From positions 1 through 26,754 of the forward strand of contig JBEKHC010000073.1 in NCBI GenBank assembly GCA_050012475.1: a stretch of 26,754 nucleotides of DNA, given 5' to 3'. This stretch comes from Candidatus Velthaea sp. (GTDB taxonomy: Bacteria; Vulcanimicrobiota; Vulcanimicrobiia; Vulcanimicrobiales; Vulcanimicrobiaceae). The notes beneath the pieces are model-generated. The model ran no database searches. It was given only the letters and a program-made list of their open reading frames with translations, and was not told the DNA's origin. Shown one piece after another: positions 17,218 through 26,678 of the stretch. The translations under genes were made by a program, and so were the position numbers. Each line of letters begins with the position of its first letter. The stretch's first letter is position 1.

Positions 17218-19890
17218 ATGAGTGCGGTCCGCTCGCAAGGCGTCGGTCCGGCGACGGCCGATGGCTCCGGCACGATCGACTGGCTCGCGCGCATTGCCGA
17301 GCGCCGTGATTTGAGCATCCCCCCGCCGATGGGCGAGCCGCACGCGGCGGCGATCCTGGCGCTGCTCGCTGCTGTGTCGCACGAGTTCGCCGATTATCGC
17401 GACGTCGTTGCCCGCGCCCGCGATGCGGCGCGTCAAAACGCCCAAAATCTCGCGTTCATCGTTCGCTCGACCGATGAGCAAGGCGTCCTCGTGCGCGCGA
17501 CCGGCGCCGCCGCGGGCGAAGCGGGACAGGGCGCGTTACGCATGGCCGACGCCGCGACCGCATTGCAAACCTTGGCACACGCCGCAGCCGAGGCCGCGAC
17601 CGAGGCCGACGGGAATCTGGCCGGCATCGATGGCGCGCTTGAACGGCTGGTCGCGCGACTGGCCGACGGTAAAGCGCCGCTCGCCGAGATGCATCGCTCG
17701 ACGCGCGGAATCGCCGCATTTCAGACCACCCTGGGCCGCCTGTCGCGTCACGCCCAACTCTTGGCCGTCAACGCACAAATCGAAGCCTCGCACCTCGCCG
17801 AAGCCGGGTCGCGTTTCGCCATCGTCGCTCAAGAAGTGCGCAAACTCTCGCACTCGACGCGCGAGTCGCGGGCCGACGTGGCGCATATCGTTTCCGAGCT
17901 GCGCGAGGCGACCGATCACGTTGCCGGAGCAATCAACGACGCAAAAGGGGCGACGGCGGCCGCCGGCCGAGAGATCGACGGCGCAAACGAGGCCTTAGGG
18001 CAAACCCGGCAAGGGATCCACGAATTCGAGCAGCTGATCTCGACGATTGCCGACGTCGCCGCGGCGCAAGGCCAAGCCCTGCAATCGATCGGTTCGTCGG
18101 TGGATCAAATCTGGACGCACGCCGACGAAGCGGCAAACGCCTCGCGCGAAGCAGCCCGGCTCGACCTCGACTCGCTGCTCGATCGCGCGCAGGCCCGCTC
18201 CGAACGCTGGACCCTGTGCTCGGCACCGGCACCCTCGCTCGGCGGCGGCACCTTCGAGCACTGGATCGATTCCCTCATCGGCGGAGCCGACGCGGCAGCC
18301 GCCGCGCACGTCGACGCGAACGACGGCGATCGCACGATCGTGGCCGCAGTGCGCACGTTGCTCGAGCACGTCGCCGCCGATCAGCGCGAGATCCTTGGCG
18401 ACGTCGTTGCGGCGGCCGTCGCCGCTTCACGCAACGGCTATGCCTGGCGTGCCATCTCCAGTGCGCTCGCGAGCATCAGCCACGAGATCGAGCTCGTCCG
18501 CACGACGGTCGACGAATCGGCCGGCGCCGCCCGAACCTCGGCCGGCGTCGGCGCCGAGATGCGCGCGCTCGTCGATGCGATTCGCGAGCGCTACGATTCG
18601 GCGCTCCAGCTTTTGGACGGGGCGCTGACGCGTGTTTCCTCGATCACCACGAGCGTCGGCGCGATCAACGGCTTCGTTGAATCGATGGGCACGGCGGCCG
18701 CGCGCGCGGATCAGATCATGGCGCTCATCGACACGCTCTCATCCGAGACCGATCTGCTGTCGTTCAACGCGGCAATCGAAGCCGCGCACGCCGGCGAGCT
18801 GGGGCTCGGCTTCGGCGTCATCGCCGAAGAGATCCGGTCGCTCGCGCGTTCGACGAACGACTCGACCGGCAGCGTCTCGAAGTTGCTGGCAAGCATCAGC
18901 GCCATGAGCGCGAGCCTGCAGGCATCGATCGGAACCGCCGCGGGGAATACCGACGACGTCGCCACGCGCGCCGAAGGCGTGCGCAGCGCGATCGCGACGC
19001 TCCGCGCGGCCTTCGAGTCAGCGATGGAACGTGCGGCCGACGTCTCATCCACAGCCTCCGATCAAACGCGCGCGCTCGACCGGGTACTCGAAAATGTGAA
19101 CCGCAGTGCCTCGGCCGTCGAAGCGCAGTCAACGCAGGCAGCAGACCGCGGACGGCTCGAACTGGCGATGCTCGGGTCGCGTGCCCATGCCATCGCCGCG
19201 CGGCGTCCGCTGGGAACAGTGGTTGAACGGGTTCGCGCGTTCACCGAAAGGCTGAGCGAACGCGTCGAGGCTACGCTGGAGACGGCGCTCGCGGAGGGCC
19301 GTATCTCGCTCGAGCGGCTTTTCGAGTTCTCGTACCGCGAAATCGAAGGGGCCGCCCGCATCGCGTCGCTTGCCCGGCTTTTCGACGTTTCGCGCGTCCC
19401 GGCCGGCGGCTTCTCGCCGCCGAAATTCATGACGCCATGGGATGCGCTTGTGGACGAAGCCGTCATCGACGTGCTGACCGCCGGATGGGACGAGGCTGCG
19501 GCGGCCGGCCTTTCGCTCATCGCGATCTTCGTCTCGGACCTCAACGGCCTCTTTTACGCCTACCCGAGGCACAAGATCGCCGCTTGGACCAACGATCCGG
19601 CGACCGACAATACGGGTAATCGCATCAAGCGGTTTTTCGAGGACGACTATACCCTGCGCGTCGTGCGTTTGGGTCTCGGCGAGCAAGCCGCCGAACTCGG
19701 GCCGCGCCTGAGGTACGACCAGTTCCGCGCGGTGAACTGCGACCTCGCTCGCCCCGCGCGGCGTCCGTGGGGCGGCTACGTCTACGCGCGCGATACCAAT
19801 GTCGTGTGCAACGAAGTTGCGGCCGCACTCTACGCGCACAACACGCGCCACGGGACGCTGCGCGTGTGCTACGACCCCGAACTCATCTGA
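17218..19890 (+). CDS. Soluble methyl-accepting chemotaxis protein with two tandem MCP signalling domains and a C-terminal globular domain
   Basis: Two hairpin-tip motifs, LLAVNAQIEASHLAEAGSRFAIVAQEVRKLS and LLSFNAAIEAAHAGELGLGFGVIAEEIRSLA, and no obvious TM segment. Start set at ATG 17218 (purine-rich upstream). ATG 17197 and GTG 17122 are alternatives. Confidence 0.85.
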   Translation: MSAVRSQGVGPATADGSGTIDWLARIAERRDLSIPPPMGEPHAAAILALLAAVSHEFADYRDVVARARDAARQNAQNLAFIVRSTDEQGVLVRATGAAAGEAGQGALRMADAATALQTLAHAAAEAATEADGNLAGIDGALERLVARLADGKAPLAEMHRSTRGIAAFQTTLGRLSRHAQLLAVNAQIEASHLAEAGSRFAIVAQEVRKLSHSTRESRADVAHIVSELREATDHVAGAINDAKGATAAAGREIDGANEALGQTRQGIHEFEQLISTIADVAAAQGQALQSIGSSVDQIWTHADEAANASREAARLDLDSLLDRAQARSERWTLCSAPAPSLGGGTFEHWIDSLIGGADAAAAAHVDANDGDRTIVAAVRTLLEHVAADQREILGDVVAAAVAASRNGYAWRAISSALASISHEIELVRTTVDESAGAARTSAGVGAEMRALVDAIRERYDSALQLLDGALTRVSSITTSVGAINGFVESMGTAAARADQIMALIDTLSSETDLLSFNAAIEAAHAGELGLGFGVIAEEIRSLARSTNDSTGSVSKLLASISAMSASLQASIGTAAGNTDDVATRAEGVRSAIATLRAAFESAMERAADVSSTASDQTRALDRVLENVNRSASAVEAQSTQAADRGRLELAMLGSRAHAIAARRPLGTVVERVRAFTERLSERVEATLETALAEGRISLERLFEFSYREIEGAARIASLARLFDVSRVPAGGFSPPKFMTPWDALVDEAVIDVLTAGWDEAAAAGLSLIAIFVSDLNGLFYAYPRHKIAAWTNDPATDNTGNRIKRFFEDDYTLRVVRLGLGEQAAELGPRLRYDQFRAVNCDLARPARRPWGGYVYARDTNVVCNEVAAALYAHNTRHGTLRVCYDPELI

Positions 19891-20223
19891 CGCTCGCTCG
19901 CTGAGGCTCGGCCGCGGCGCCGACGGGGTGGAAGACGATCGCGATATCCAGGCCGGCACGGCGCGCGGTCGCCTGCGTTCCGGCGGACGGCTCGCCGGCG
20001 GACCCTTCTCCGGCTTCGCGGGGGCACGCCCGGGACGCACGGCGCGTGGTTTTCCGCATCGCCCCGACGTCCCCGCGCGACGATGGCGAATCGGCACGCT
20101 GAGTTCGCGGCGCGCAGATTGCCCGCCCGCGTCGCGCGCCGAAGTCGTAGCGAGAAGCGATCGCGAAGTTTGCCGGTTCGATGCGGTGGCAACATACGAG
20201 CGGACGGGAAACGGAGCAGCGAG

Positions 20224-21066
20224 ATGATTGCGCATTTTGGAACGGGATTGATGGGCGCGGGTTTCGTGCGCGCCGCACTCGCGCGCGGTGAAGAGGTTGC
20301 GGTGTGGAACCGCACGCCGGACAAGGCGCGCGCGCTCGAAGCCGACGGCGCCAAGGTGTTTGACGACCCGGCCGTTGCCGCGCGCGGCGCGACGCGCATT
20401 CACGTCACGCTCGCCGACGACGCGACGGTCGATGCGGTGCTCGAGCCGTTGGCCGGCGTGCTCGACAAACGAACGCTCATCATCGATCACACCACCACCG
20501 CGCCGACGCCGACCGGCGAGCGCTACGCGCGCTGGCGGGAACGCGGCATCTTCTTCGCCCACGTGCCGATGTTCATGGGCCCGAAGAACGCGCTCGAACA
20601 CACCGGGCTCATGCTCGTTTCGGGACCGCCCGAACGCGTAGCCACGGTGCGGCCGATCGTCGAACCGATGACCGGCAAACTGCTCGTCGTCGGCAGCGGC
20701 GACGAACGCGCGGCAGCGTTCAAACTGTTCGGCAACATGATGCTCGTCTTCGTGGTCAGCGGTCTGGCCGACGTGTACAAGTTTGCCGAATCGTTGGGGA
20801 TCTCGGCGGCCGAAGCGCACGGGCTGTTCGCCGATTTCAAACTCTCCGGAGCGGTCGACGTGCGCGGCAAGAACATGGCCGAGGGAAATTTCGCTCCAGC
20901 CTGGGAGCTGACGATGGCGCGCAAAGACGTGCGGCTGATGCTCGAGGAGGGCGCGCGCCACGACGTGCACTATGACGTGCTGCCGCAAATCGCCGCATTT
21001 TTCGATCGCGCCATCGCCGCCGGACACGGTGCCAAAGACGTCGGCGGTGTCGCCGCCCTGCGCTGA
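20224..21066 (+). CDS. NAD(P)-dependent oxidoreductase, beta-hydroxyacid dehydrogenase family
   Basis: GTGLMG, VWNRTPDKA, IIDHTT, FKLFGN and MARKDVRL. ATG 20224 has a GGAG RBS. Confidence 0.85.
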   Translation: MIAHFGTGLMGAGFVRAALARGEEVAVWNRTPDKARALEADGAKVFDDPAVAARGATRIHVTLADDATVDAVLEPLAGVLDKRTLIIDHTTTAPTPTGERYARWRERGIFFAHVPMFMGPKNALEHTGLMLVSGPPERVATVRPIVEPMTGKLLVVGSGDERAAAFKLFGNMMLVFVVSGLADVYKFAESLGISAAEAHGLFADFKLSGAVDVRGKNMAEGNFAPAWELTMARKDVRLMLEEGARHDVHYDVLPQIAAFFDRAIAAGHGAKDVGGVAALR

Positions 21067-22016
21067 TGCCGCTGTTTCTTACCGAGGCCGATGTCGCGGC
21101 CACCTTCTCGATGGCCGACGCGCTGCGCGTGCTCGACGCGGCGGCGCGCAAAATCGCCGACGGCAGCGCGATGAACGCGCCGCGTCAGCGCGTGAACTCC
21201 GGCGCAGCGGTGCTCCAGGTCTTGCCGGCCGCGCTCGACGGCCGCACCGGCCTCAAAACCTACACCGTGGGTTCGCGCGGCGCGACCTTTCGGGTCACGC
21301 TCTACGCGCCCGATGGCGCCCTGCTGGCGCTCATCGAGGCCAACACGCTGGGGCAGCTCCGCACCGGCGGCGCCACGGGTCTGGCGACGCGCTATCTCGC
21401 ACGTGCGGACGCGCACCGGCTCGGGGTGATCGGGACCGGCTTCCAAGCGCGCACCCAAATCGAAGCGATCTGCCTGGCGCGGGGGATCGAGCGGGTCCGG
21501 GTCTGGGGCCGCGATCCCGGCCGGCTGCAGGCGTTTTGCCGCTCCGTAAGCGAACGCGTCGGCCGGCCGGTGGAGGCGGCGACGAGCGCACGCGATGCCG
21601 TCGAGAGCGCGGATGTGGTGGTGACGATGACGAGCGCAGCCCAGCCGGTCTTTGCGGGTGAGTGGCTGGCGCCGGGAACGCACGTCAATGCCGCCGGCTC
21701 GAACCGGGCGACCGCGGCCGAAATCGACGCCGTTACCGTGGCGCGCTCCGCGATCGTCGCGGTCGAGGACGTTGCTCAAGCAAAAGTGGAATCCGGCGAT
21801 CTGCTCGCCGCGCAAGCCGCGGGAGCCTTCCGCTGGGACGACGCCGTGCGGCTGGCCGATATCGTAGCCGGCGCCGCGACGGGCCGAACCAGCGACGATC
21901 AGCTGACGCTCTTCGAGTCGCTGGGCGTCGGCATCTGGGACGTCGCCGCAGCCAACCACATTTACGATGCCTGCCGCGAACAAGGCCGCGGCGTCGAACT
22001 GCCGATCCCGGCTTAA
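21066..22016 (+). CDS. Ornithine cyclodeaminase/mu-crystallin family protein
   Basis: GLKTY, LGQLRTGGATGLA, IGTGFQARTQ, GTHVNAAGSN and FESLGVGIWD. TGATG coupling to the upstream gene. Confidence 0.88.
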   Translation: MPLFLTEADVAATFSMADALRVLDAAARKIADGSAMNAPRQRVNSGAAVLQVLPAALDGRTGLKTYTVGSRGATFRVTLYAPDGALLALIEANTLGQLRTGGATGLATRYLARADAHRLGVIGTGFQARTQIEAICLARGIERVRVWGRDPGRLQAFCRSVSERVGRPVEAATSARDAVESADVVVTMTSAAQPVFAGEWLAPGTHVNAAGSNRATAAEIDAVTVARSAIVAVEDVAQAKVESGDLLAAQAAGAFRWDDAVRLADIVAGAATGRTSDDQLTLFESLGVGIWDVAAANHIYDACREQGRGVELPIPA

Positions 22017-22037
22017 CTGCAGGCCCGACCGGCCGGG

Positions 22038-22475
22038 CTATTCCTGGCGGCCGGCTTCATCGAGGAGAGCGGCGGCGGGGACGAGGTGAGGGCGCCGGTA
22101 CGCGATCTCGAGTTTGTTGCCGCTGCGGTCCTCGAAGAATACCGCGTAGTACTTCTCGGACGAGTAGGGAATCTCGGGCCCTTCCATGCCCCGGGCTCCC
22201 GCCATCCGAGCGATGTCTGCCAAGCGATCGACCTCGCTGGCGGACGCCGCGGCAAAACAAATGCGCGTCGCGTTCGCCCGGTGGCCCGGATCGGCGTTGA
22301 GCCCGAAAAAGCGGCGCGCCTCGCCGCGCTCGGCGGGCTCGTAGTATTCGCAAGTGCCGGCCGATTCAACGATCTCCGTGAGGCCCAAGGCGGGCAAGAG
22401 CGCGTCGTAGAGCGGACGTTCGGCGGCGAGGTCGGCAACGCGCAAATCGATGTGGTCGAAACCGACAAAGTGCAT
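22038..22475 (-). CDS. VOC (glyoxalase/bleomycin resistance) family protein
   Basis: FDHIDLRVADL..ERPLYDALLPALG, ICFAAASASEVD and YYAVFFEDRSGNKLEI. Confidence 0.85.
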   Translation of the reverse strand: MHFVGFDHIDLRVADLAAERPLYDALLPALGLTEIVESAGTCEYYEPAERGEARRFFGLNADPGHRANATRICFAAASASEVDRLADIARMAGARGMEGPEIPYSSEKYYAVFFEDRSGNKLEIAYRRPHLVPAAALLDEAGRQE

Positions 22476-22516
22476 CGAGCCGCTGCTTCGCTACCTGCGC
22501 AGGATCGGCCCGCGAC

Positions 22517-22546
22517 AAAAAAAGACCGGCGCGTGGACCGCGCCGG
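22517..22546 (-). terminator. Intrinsic terminator after rpsM
   Basis: Minus strand CCGGCGCG-GTCCA-CGCGCCGG followed by TCTTTTTTT, about 10 nt after the rpsM stop. Confidence 0.85.
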
Positions 22547-22555
22547 CGTGCGATG

Positions 22556-22936
22556 CTACTTCTTGGTGACTTTCTTTTTCGCCGCGACGGTGCGCTTGGG
22601 ACCCTTGCGCGTGCGGGCGTTGGTCTTCGTGCGCTGGCCACGGACGGGCAAACCGCGCCGGTGGCGCAGTCCGCGATAGCAGCCGATGTCCGTCAGGCGC
22701 TTGATATGCCCGGCGACTTCACGGCGCAAGTCGCCTTCGACTTTGATCTTGCCGTCGATGGCTTCACGCAGCTTTTGCTCGTCTTCCGCGGCGAGGTCTT
22801 TCACCCGCACGTTCGGGTCGACGCCCGTTTGGGCAAGCAGCCGCTGCGCGGTCGGCAAGCCGATCCCGAAGATGTACGTGAGGGCGACCTCGATGCGCTT
22901 GTCGCGCGGCAGATCGATACCCGAGATACGAGCCAT
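22556..22936 (-). CDS. rpsM: 30S ribosomal protein S13
   Basis: [30 protein letters not shown] and [27 protein letters not shown]. Confidence 0.98.
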   Translation of the reverse strand: MARISGIDLPRDKRIEVALTYIFGIGLPTAQRLLAQTGVDPNVRVKDLAAEDEQKLREAIDGKIKVEGDLRREVAGHIKRLTDIGCYRGLRHRRGLPVRGQRTKTNARTRKGPKRTVAAKKKVTKK

Positions 22937-22939
22937 GTG

Positions 22940-23056
22940 CTACCCCTGGACCTGTTTGTGCTTGGGGTTCACGCTGCAAATGACGCGAACCTTACCTTCA
23001 CGGCGAATGACTTTGCAGTTATCGCACATACGCTTGACTGACGGCCGGACTTTCAT
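22940..23056 (-). CDS. rpmJ: 50S ribosomal protein L36 (not in the supplied ORF track)
   Basis: Manual translation [38 protein letters not shown] (38 aa, Zn-ribbon CxxC..C..H), between infA and rpsM. Confidence 0.96.
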   Translation of the reverse strand: MKVRPSVKRMCDNCKVIRREGKVRVICSVNPKHKQVQG

Positions 23057-23080
23057 TGTACGAGATGCTCCGAATTGGGC

Positions 23081-23377
23081 TTATTTGTATCGGTAGGTGA
23101 TGCGGCCGTGCGTCAAATCGTACGGCGAGAGTTCGATGAGGACCCGGTCGCCCGGTAAGATCCGAATGTAGTTCATCCGGATTTTGCCGGACACGTGCGC
23201 GAGCACGCGATGACCGCTGGCAAGCTCGACGCGAAACATCGCGTTGGGCAGGGGTTCGACGATCGTCCCCTCGACCTCGATCGCTTCTTCCTTGGGTGTC
23301 GCGGTGGCGGATGCGTGCGCATCGGTTTGGCGCCGCTTGTCCGATCGATCCCCTCCGCGACGGTGCCCCCGAGCCAT
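23081..23377 (-). CDS. infA: Translation initiation factor IF-1 with N-terminal extension
   Basis: [60 protein letters not shown] overlap with map. Confidence 0.95.
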   Translation of the reverse strand: MARGHRRGGDRSDKRRQTDAHASATATPKEEAIEVEGTIVEPLPNAMFRVELASGHRVLAHVSGKIRMNYIRILPGDRVLIELSPYDLTHGRITYRYK

Positions 23378-24180
23378 TACGCAGCAACTTCCTCCTTGGG
23401 GCGGAAGCGAGCCACATCATGGTGCTCGCCGGTGTCCCGCAAGGTGAGGATCCGTGGACCCTCGTCCGTTATCGCGATGGTATGCTCGAAGTGCGCCGCT
23501 AGTTTACCATCCCCGGTCACAACCGTCCAGCCATCGTCCAGGGTTTCGACGATGAAGCTTCCTTCGGTGATCATCGGCTCGATCGCCAGGCACAAGCCCG
23601 GTCGCAGCACCGGACCTTGACCGGGCACCCCATAGTTGGGCACCTGCGGCTCTTCGTGCATCTTGGTACCGATTCCGTGCCCGACCAGATCGCGGACGAC
23701 GCCGTAACCGAACCGCTCGGCATGCTGCTGGATCGCCGCGCCAATGTCCGAGAGGCGGTTGCCCTTCTGCATCTGCGCGATGCCCAACATCAGACACTCC
23801 TGCGTCACCCGCATGAGCCGCTCGGCTTCTTGGCTGACGTTGCCGATCGCGACGGTCACCGCCGAATCCGAAACGTAGCCCTCGAGCGTCGTGCCGATGT
23901 CGATCGAGAGCAGGTCGCCGTCGGCGAGCACCCGGCTGCCCGGGATCCCGTGAACGACTTCGTCGTTGATCGAGGCGCAGATGGTGTGCTTGTAGCCGTG
24001 ATAGCCTTTGAACGTGGGGATGCCGCCCATCGCACGAATCGATTCTTCGGCCAAGCGGTCAACCTCGCCGGTCGTCATGCCGGCGCGCACCGTCTTGATG
24101 AGCATCGACAGCGTCTTGGACGTGATCTTCCCGCTGCGGCGCATGATCTCGATCTCACGCGCCGACTTGATGGTGATCAC
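23377..24180 (-). CDS. map: Type I methionine aminopeptidase
   Basis: [37 protein letters not shown] and [10 protein letters not shown]. Confidence 0.97.
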   Translation of the reverse strand: MITIKSAREIEIMRRSGKITSKTLSMLIKTVRAGMTTGEVDRLAEESIRAMGGIPTFKGYHGYKHTICASINDEVVHGIPGSRVLADGDLLSIDIGTTLEGYVSDSAVTVAIGNVSQEAERLMRVTQECLMLGIAQMQKGNRLSDIGAAIQQHAERFGYGVVRDLVGHGIGTKMHEEPQVPNYGVPGQGPVLRPGLCLAIEPMITEGSFIVETLDDGWTVVTGDGKLAAHFEHTIAITDEGPRILTLRDTGEHHDVARFRPKEEVAA

Positions 24181-24833
24181 GCGATGCTTCCGGTCCGCAC
24201 TAAGCCCGGGAGCGCGCTCACGATCTCCGCGGTCACTACGTCGATGTCCGCCAAGCCGTTCACGTGAACCGCCCGGCCGGTGCCGCCGTAGTACGCGATG
24301 AGCGGCGCGGTCTTTTCGTCGTACTCGCGCAAACGCTTGCCGACCGTCTCGACCGTGTCGTCGGGCCGCTGGATCAGCTCGCCGCCGTCGTCGTCGTCGA
24401 TGCCGGCGCGTTTGGGCGGATTGAAAATCGTGTGGTAAACACGGCCGGTCCGCGGATTGGTCCAGCGGCCGGTCAGCCGTTCGGTGAGGACGGCCTGATC
24501 GACGTCGAACACGATCGCCTTGGCAGCGAGCCCCTTAGCGGTCAGGAGCGCGTCGAACGCTTCGGCTTGGGGCACCGTGCGCGGAAACCCGTCGACGATG
24601 ACGTCGTGCGCGCCCGCGAGTTCGTGCTCCATCATCCGAATGATGAGGTCGTCGGGCACGAGTTTGCCGGCATCCATGTACCCTTGGGCCTCGGCGCCGA
24701 GTGCCGTTTTGTTGGCGCGGTGCGCGCGCAGCAGATCGCCCGTCGAGATCTGGCGGTGCGCGAAGCGCTCCTCGATGATCTTGGCTTGCGTCCCTTTGCC
24801 CGCTCCGGGCGGACCCAGAAAAATCAAAATCAT
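24177..24833 (-). CDS. adk: Adenylate kinase
   Basis: GPPGAGKGTQ P-loop, ISTGDLLR, GKLVPD, DGFPRT and QRPDD. Confidence 0.97.
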   Translation of the reverse strand: MILIFLGPPGAGKGTQAKIIEERFAHRQISTGDLLRAHRANKTALGAEAQGYMDAGKLVPDDLIIRMMEHELAGAHDVIVDGFPRTVPQAEAFDALLTAKGLAAKAIVFDVDQAVLTERLTGRWTNPRTGRVYHTIFNPPKRAGIDDDDGGELIQRPDDTVETVGKRLREYDEKTAPLIAYYGGTGRAVHVNGLADIDVVTAEIVSALPGLVRTGSIA

Positions 24834-24838
24834 TACGA

Positions 24839-26125
24839 TTACTTCTTAATGAAGCCGCGGTAGTCGCGCATCGCCAGCCGTGCTTCGATCTGAGTGATCG
24901 AATCCAACGCCACGCCGACCACGATCAGCAGCGAAGTCGAGCCGATGTACAGTCCGTTCAGACCGACGTCGCGCTGCAGCGAGGGCAGGACCGCCAAAAT
25001 GCCGAGATAGATCGCCGCCGCCGTCGTGATGCGCAGTAAAATCTTATTGATATACTCGACGGTTGGCTGGCCGGGCCGAATGCCCGGGATGAACGAGCCC
25101 GACTTCTTGAGGTTGTCGGCGATGTCGCGCGTATTGACCACGACCGCCGAATAGAAAAACGTGAAAGCCACCACGAGCAGAAAATACACGAGGTTGTAGA
25201 GGATCGTGTTCGGCCCGAAGTAGGTTTGCATGAACAGCGCCGTGCTCGCCGCCCAGCCGGTCTGGCCGTGCTGGAACCACGTCAGCGCCTGCTGCGGCAA
25301 GATCAAGATCGAGATCGCGAAGATGATCGAGATGACGCCGGCGTTGTTGAGCCGCAGCGGGATGTAGCTCGAGCGCCCCGCGAAGAGCTTGCGGCCGACG
25401 ACGCGGCGCGCCTGCTGCACGGGAATCCGGCGCTGACCCTGATACAGGAAGACGATCGAAACGATCGTGACGAGCGCGATTGCGATGAAGATGAACAGGC
25501 CCAGATAGTTGACGTTCCCCTTGTTGGCCAGCGAGAACGTCTGGGAAACCTGCGACGGAAAGCGCAGCACGATGCCGACGAAAATGATCAGCGAGATACC
25601 GTTGCCGATGCCCTTGTCGGTGATCTGCTCGCCCAGCCACATCAAAAACATCGTGCCCGACACCAGCGCGACGACGACGTAGACGATGAACAGCCACGAC
25701 GAGTCGTAGAACACGCCGGCGCGGCTCATGTTGACCGTCATCGACGTCGCCTGGATGAACGCCAGCACGATCGTCAGCCAACGGGTGTACTGGCTGATCT
25801 TTTTGCGGCCTTCCTCGCCGCCTTTTTTCGCCAGCTCCTCGAGCTGCGGGATGACCACCGTCATGAGCTGCATGATGATCGACGCGTTGATGTACGGCGT
25901 GATCCCCATCGCGATGACCGACAGACGCTGCAGCGCGCCGCCGCTCAGGAAGCCCAGGAAGTTGTAGAACGAGCCGCTTTGCAGCAGCTGCTGCCAGACG
26001 CCGACGTTCACGTCCGGAATCTGGACGTGAATCATGAACACGAACACGGCGAACGCAAAGAACACGAACCCGATCCGCTTGCGGATGTCGGGGACGAGCA
26101 GCGCGTTGCGCAGCGAGTTCAGCAC
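24839..26125 (-). CDS. secY: Preprotein translocase SecY
   Basis: MGITPYINASIIMQL, MWLGEQITDKGIGNGISLIIF, GSFIPGIRPG and STSLLIVVGVALD, with multiple hydrophobic segments. Confidence 0.98.
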   Translation of the reverse strand: MLNSLRNALLVPDIRKRIGFVFFAFAVFVFMIHVQIPDVNVGVWQQLLQSGSFYNFLGFLSGGALQRLSVIAMGITPYINASIIMQLMTVVIPQLEELAKKGGEEGRKKISQYTRWLTIVLAFIQATSMTVNMSRAGVFYDSSWLFIVYVVVALVSGTMFLMWLGEQITDKGIGNGISLIIFVGIVLRFPSQVSQTFSLANKGNVNYLGLFIFIAIALVTIVSIVFLYQGQRRIPVQQARRVVGRKLFAGRSSYIPLRLNNAGVISIIFAISILILPQQALTWFQHGQTGWAASTALFMQTYFGPNTILYNLVYFLLVVAFTFFYSAVVVNTRDIADNLKKSGSFIPGIRPGQPTVEYINKILLRITTAAAIYLGILAVLPSLQRDVGLNGLYIGSTSLLIVVGVALDSITQIEARLAMRDYRGFIKK

Positions 26126-26133
26126 GTCGGCGG

Positions 26134-26664
26134 TTATCCTTCCGCGGCGGAATCTTCGAAGATCGCGCCGGCGGCGGCGAGCGCTTCACGGGCCGGCGAG
26201 GAGAAGGCCACGTCGCGGAATCGCAGGCCGGCCGGCAGCACCTTGCCGGGTTTCGCGCCGCCCAGGATCTTCACGCCGTCGCGCGTCGATTTGAGCTTCT
26301 TGGCCGCGCGCAGCGACTGCGGCGAGACTTCGACGCTGGGATCCCAATCGGCCAAACTCGCGATGTTGACCACGGCGAAGACTTCGCCGAAATGCCCGGT
26401 GTCCCGGCCTTTTTGCGAATAACCGCGGCCGTGCGGAAGGCGCCGCGACCAGGGCGTCTGGCCGCCTTCGAATGCCGGCCCCTTGCCGCCGCCCGAGCGA
26501 ACCGTTTGACCCTTGCCGCCCTCACCGCCGGTTTTCACCATGCCCGAACCATGCCCGCGGCCGACCCGCGTGCGCTTGGGCCAGGAGTGCGGGTTCGGCT
26601 TGAGCGTCGCCAGTGTGTAGGCGGCCGGCGCCGGGGTCGAGATCGCGGATGTCTTGTCTGCCAT
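26134..26664 (-). CDS. rplO: 50S ribosomal protein L15
   Basis: [33 protein letters not shown] and VKILG. Directly upstream of secY. Confidence 0.95.
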   Translation of the reverse strand: MADKTSAISTPAPAAYTLATLKPNPHSWPKRTRVGRGHGSGMVKTGGEGGKGQTVRSGGGKGPAFEGGQTPWSRRLPHGRGYSQKGRDTGHFGEVFAVVNIASLADWDPSVEVSPQSLRAAKKLKSTRDGVKILGGAKPGKVLPAGLRFRDVAFSSPAREALAAAGAIFEDSAAEG

Positions 26665-26678
26665 TGATCGATCGATCC

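Noticed and set aside
16400..22516. Mobile element or prophage explaining the rpsM-rpsK insertion
   Set aside because: No integrase or transposase, terminal inverted repeats or target duplication, and no obvious compositional shift.
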